The notes below the pieces were generated by a model, which was given only the letters and a program-made list of their open reading frames with translations, was not told the origin of the DNA and made no database searches. Positions 62,698 through 64,000 of a stretch of DNA of 64,000 bases are shown here, piece by piece (positions within the stretch are counted from its first letter, which is position 1; the number at the start of each line of letters is the position of its first letter). Origin of the DNA: Squalus acanthias. Its lineage: Eukaryota. The stretch is from NCBI GenBank assembly GCA_030390025.1, contig CM059425.1, forward strand, positions 163,744,001 to 163,808,000. The letters are read 5' to 3'. The position numbers and the translations under genes are program-made.

Positions 62698-63412
62698 GGG
62701 GGCGGGGTGGGGGGGGGGGTGAATTGAGTTGCGCCTCCTTTGGGGCGCTAACTTTGCCCCGAAAAAATTAGCGCCCCTGCGGCCGAAATTGAGTGGTAGC
62801 GCCCCAAGAGGGAAGCGAGGCACTACTGGAAGCGCCCCGCCTCCCTCTTGGGGTGCCGCGGTATTGCAGGCCTTCCTCCCCTTCTTAAAGGGGAGGGGTC
62901 TTGTGCAGCGCGACCCAGGGCCCAGCTGAGCCACCGGGCTCGGAGTGCCGACAAAAGAGCCCGGCCCTCAAGAGAAGTGCCGGGCTCATGGAGCGCAGCC
63001 GGCACTCCGCAGACGGGGGCGGGGGTGCTCAGTAGGCCAGGGACGGTAGCGGAGGCAGGTGCTGTCAGGCGTCCAGCAACAAAAATGGCCGCCCGGCACC
63101 TCGCCTTTAAATAGCGCTGCCCTGGCCGCAGGCAGGCCCCCCTGACCCTGTTGGACATAGCGTCTGGTGGTAAGTCAGGGGGCGCTACTGAAGATCGCGG
63201 CTGGGACGCGAGCGGGACGCTGCGCACGGCGATGATGTCATCGCCGGCGGCGCAGCGCCGCGGGGCACTAACGGTTACCGCCGCCGCTAACCTCCCACTG
63301 AATTTCGCGGGAGGCGTTAGTGGCGCCGCGTCCGGGCGCTAGTTGCTTTGCACCCCGTTAGCACCCTCTTTGGGTGCTAACGGGAGGCGCAAAACAACCA
63401 AATTTTTTGCCC
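62698..63412. mobile_element. Harbinger-type MITE inserted near the 3' end of CR1 copy I
   Basis: Right arm similar to 21860-21935; left end is a G-run plus GAATT; CR1 resumes at TCAATGTTTTCAAG. TSD imperfect. Confidence 0.8.
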
Positions 63413-64000
63413 TCAATGTTTTCAAGGGGGGACTGGATAGGCACTTGAGGGAAATAAACTTGCAGGGCTCTGGGGATAGAGCAGGGGAATGGGACTAACT
63501 GGATTGCTCTACAGAGAGCTGGCGCGGACTCAATGGGCCGAATGGCCTCCTTCTGTGCCGTTATGACTCTATGACACTTAGTCCATCACCTAATTTTCCT
63601 AGACTAGCAACTACATTATAACATTTTATAAAATAACCATATAGGCAGTATTATTATTTAAGTAGGAACTTTAATACCTTTTTATAATTTATGTTTTTTG
63701 TCCTGTAGGCAAATTTTGGATTAAACAACAATAACATGGAATTATATAACACCTTTAATGTAGCAAAATGTTCCATGGTATTTCACATTTGGGAACAGAG
63801 ATTAGGGGAGGTGAAGGAGACAAGGTCAAAGAGCTAGGTTTTGAGGACATTTTGGACATTTCAGGAGGGGGTGATGAAGCACTGAATGAAGGATTAGAGA
63901 AGTTGGGAATCATGTGGAGAGATTAGCATCAGTCGGATTGCAAAATACACAAGGTAGCATCTTGGGTAACTAAAGGATATTCGGTTGACCTTTTCTCGGG

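Larger units (their letters stand above)
57447..63576 (+). mobile_element. Full-length decayed CR1 LINE (copy I) with two MITE insertions
   Basis: 5' monomer array; ORF1 58139-58916; APE ~59992-60620; RT 60855-62690; 3' end ..GGGCCGAATGGCCTCCTTCTG..(TATGACTC) tail. Confidence 0.95.

Noticed and set aside
27930..64000. A second host gene upstream of ELL2
   Set aside because: No recognisable non-transposon coding exon found. Short exons could have been missed by eye.

Overview
Eukaryotic (vertebrate) genomic DNA. The repeat content points to a cartilaginous fish (shark/ray); that assignment is an inference. One host gene is recognisable: the first two coding exons of ELL2 (Pol II elongation factor) on the minus strand (27195-27329 and 148-195), separated by a ~27-kb intron, with a CpG-rich CCAAT/GC-box/CRE promoter at ~27.3-27.9 kb. 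The rest is mostly transposable elements: four essentially full-length, decayed CR1-clade LINEs (Zn-finger/coiled-coil plus SGNH-esterase ORF1; APE-RT ORF2), many truncated or nested CR1 and L2-clade copies, a Penelope-like element with short derivatives, a family of PIF/Harbinger non-autonomous elements with 3-bp TSDs, two Harbinger transposase remnants, and tRNA-type SINEs. Main signals: (1) an in-frame U_UUA_AAC slippery heptamer directly before the ORF1 stop of three full-length CR1s (altered in the fourth), with a conserved open -1 frame leading toward the APE domain, i.e. candidate -1 programmed ribosomal frameshifting in a LINE; (2) minimal hammerhead ribozymes in the Penelope terminal repeat that also occur as 80-150-bp solo insertions with flanking duplications; (3) CR1 5' ends built from tandem monomers plus a CRE/CCAAT/splice-donor cassette. 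All calls were made by eye; no database searches were run.
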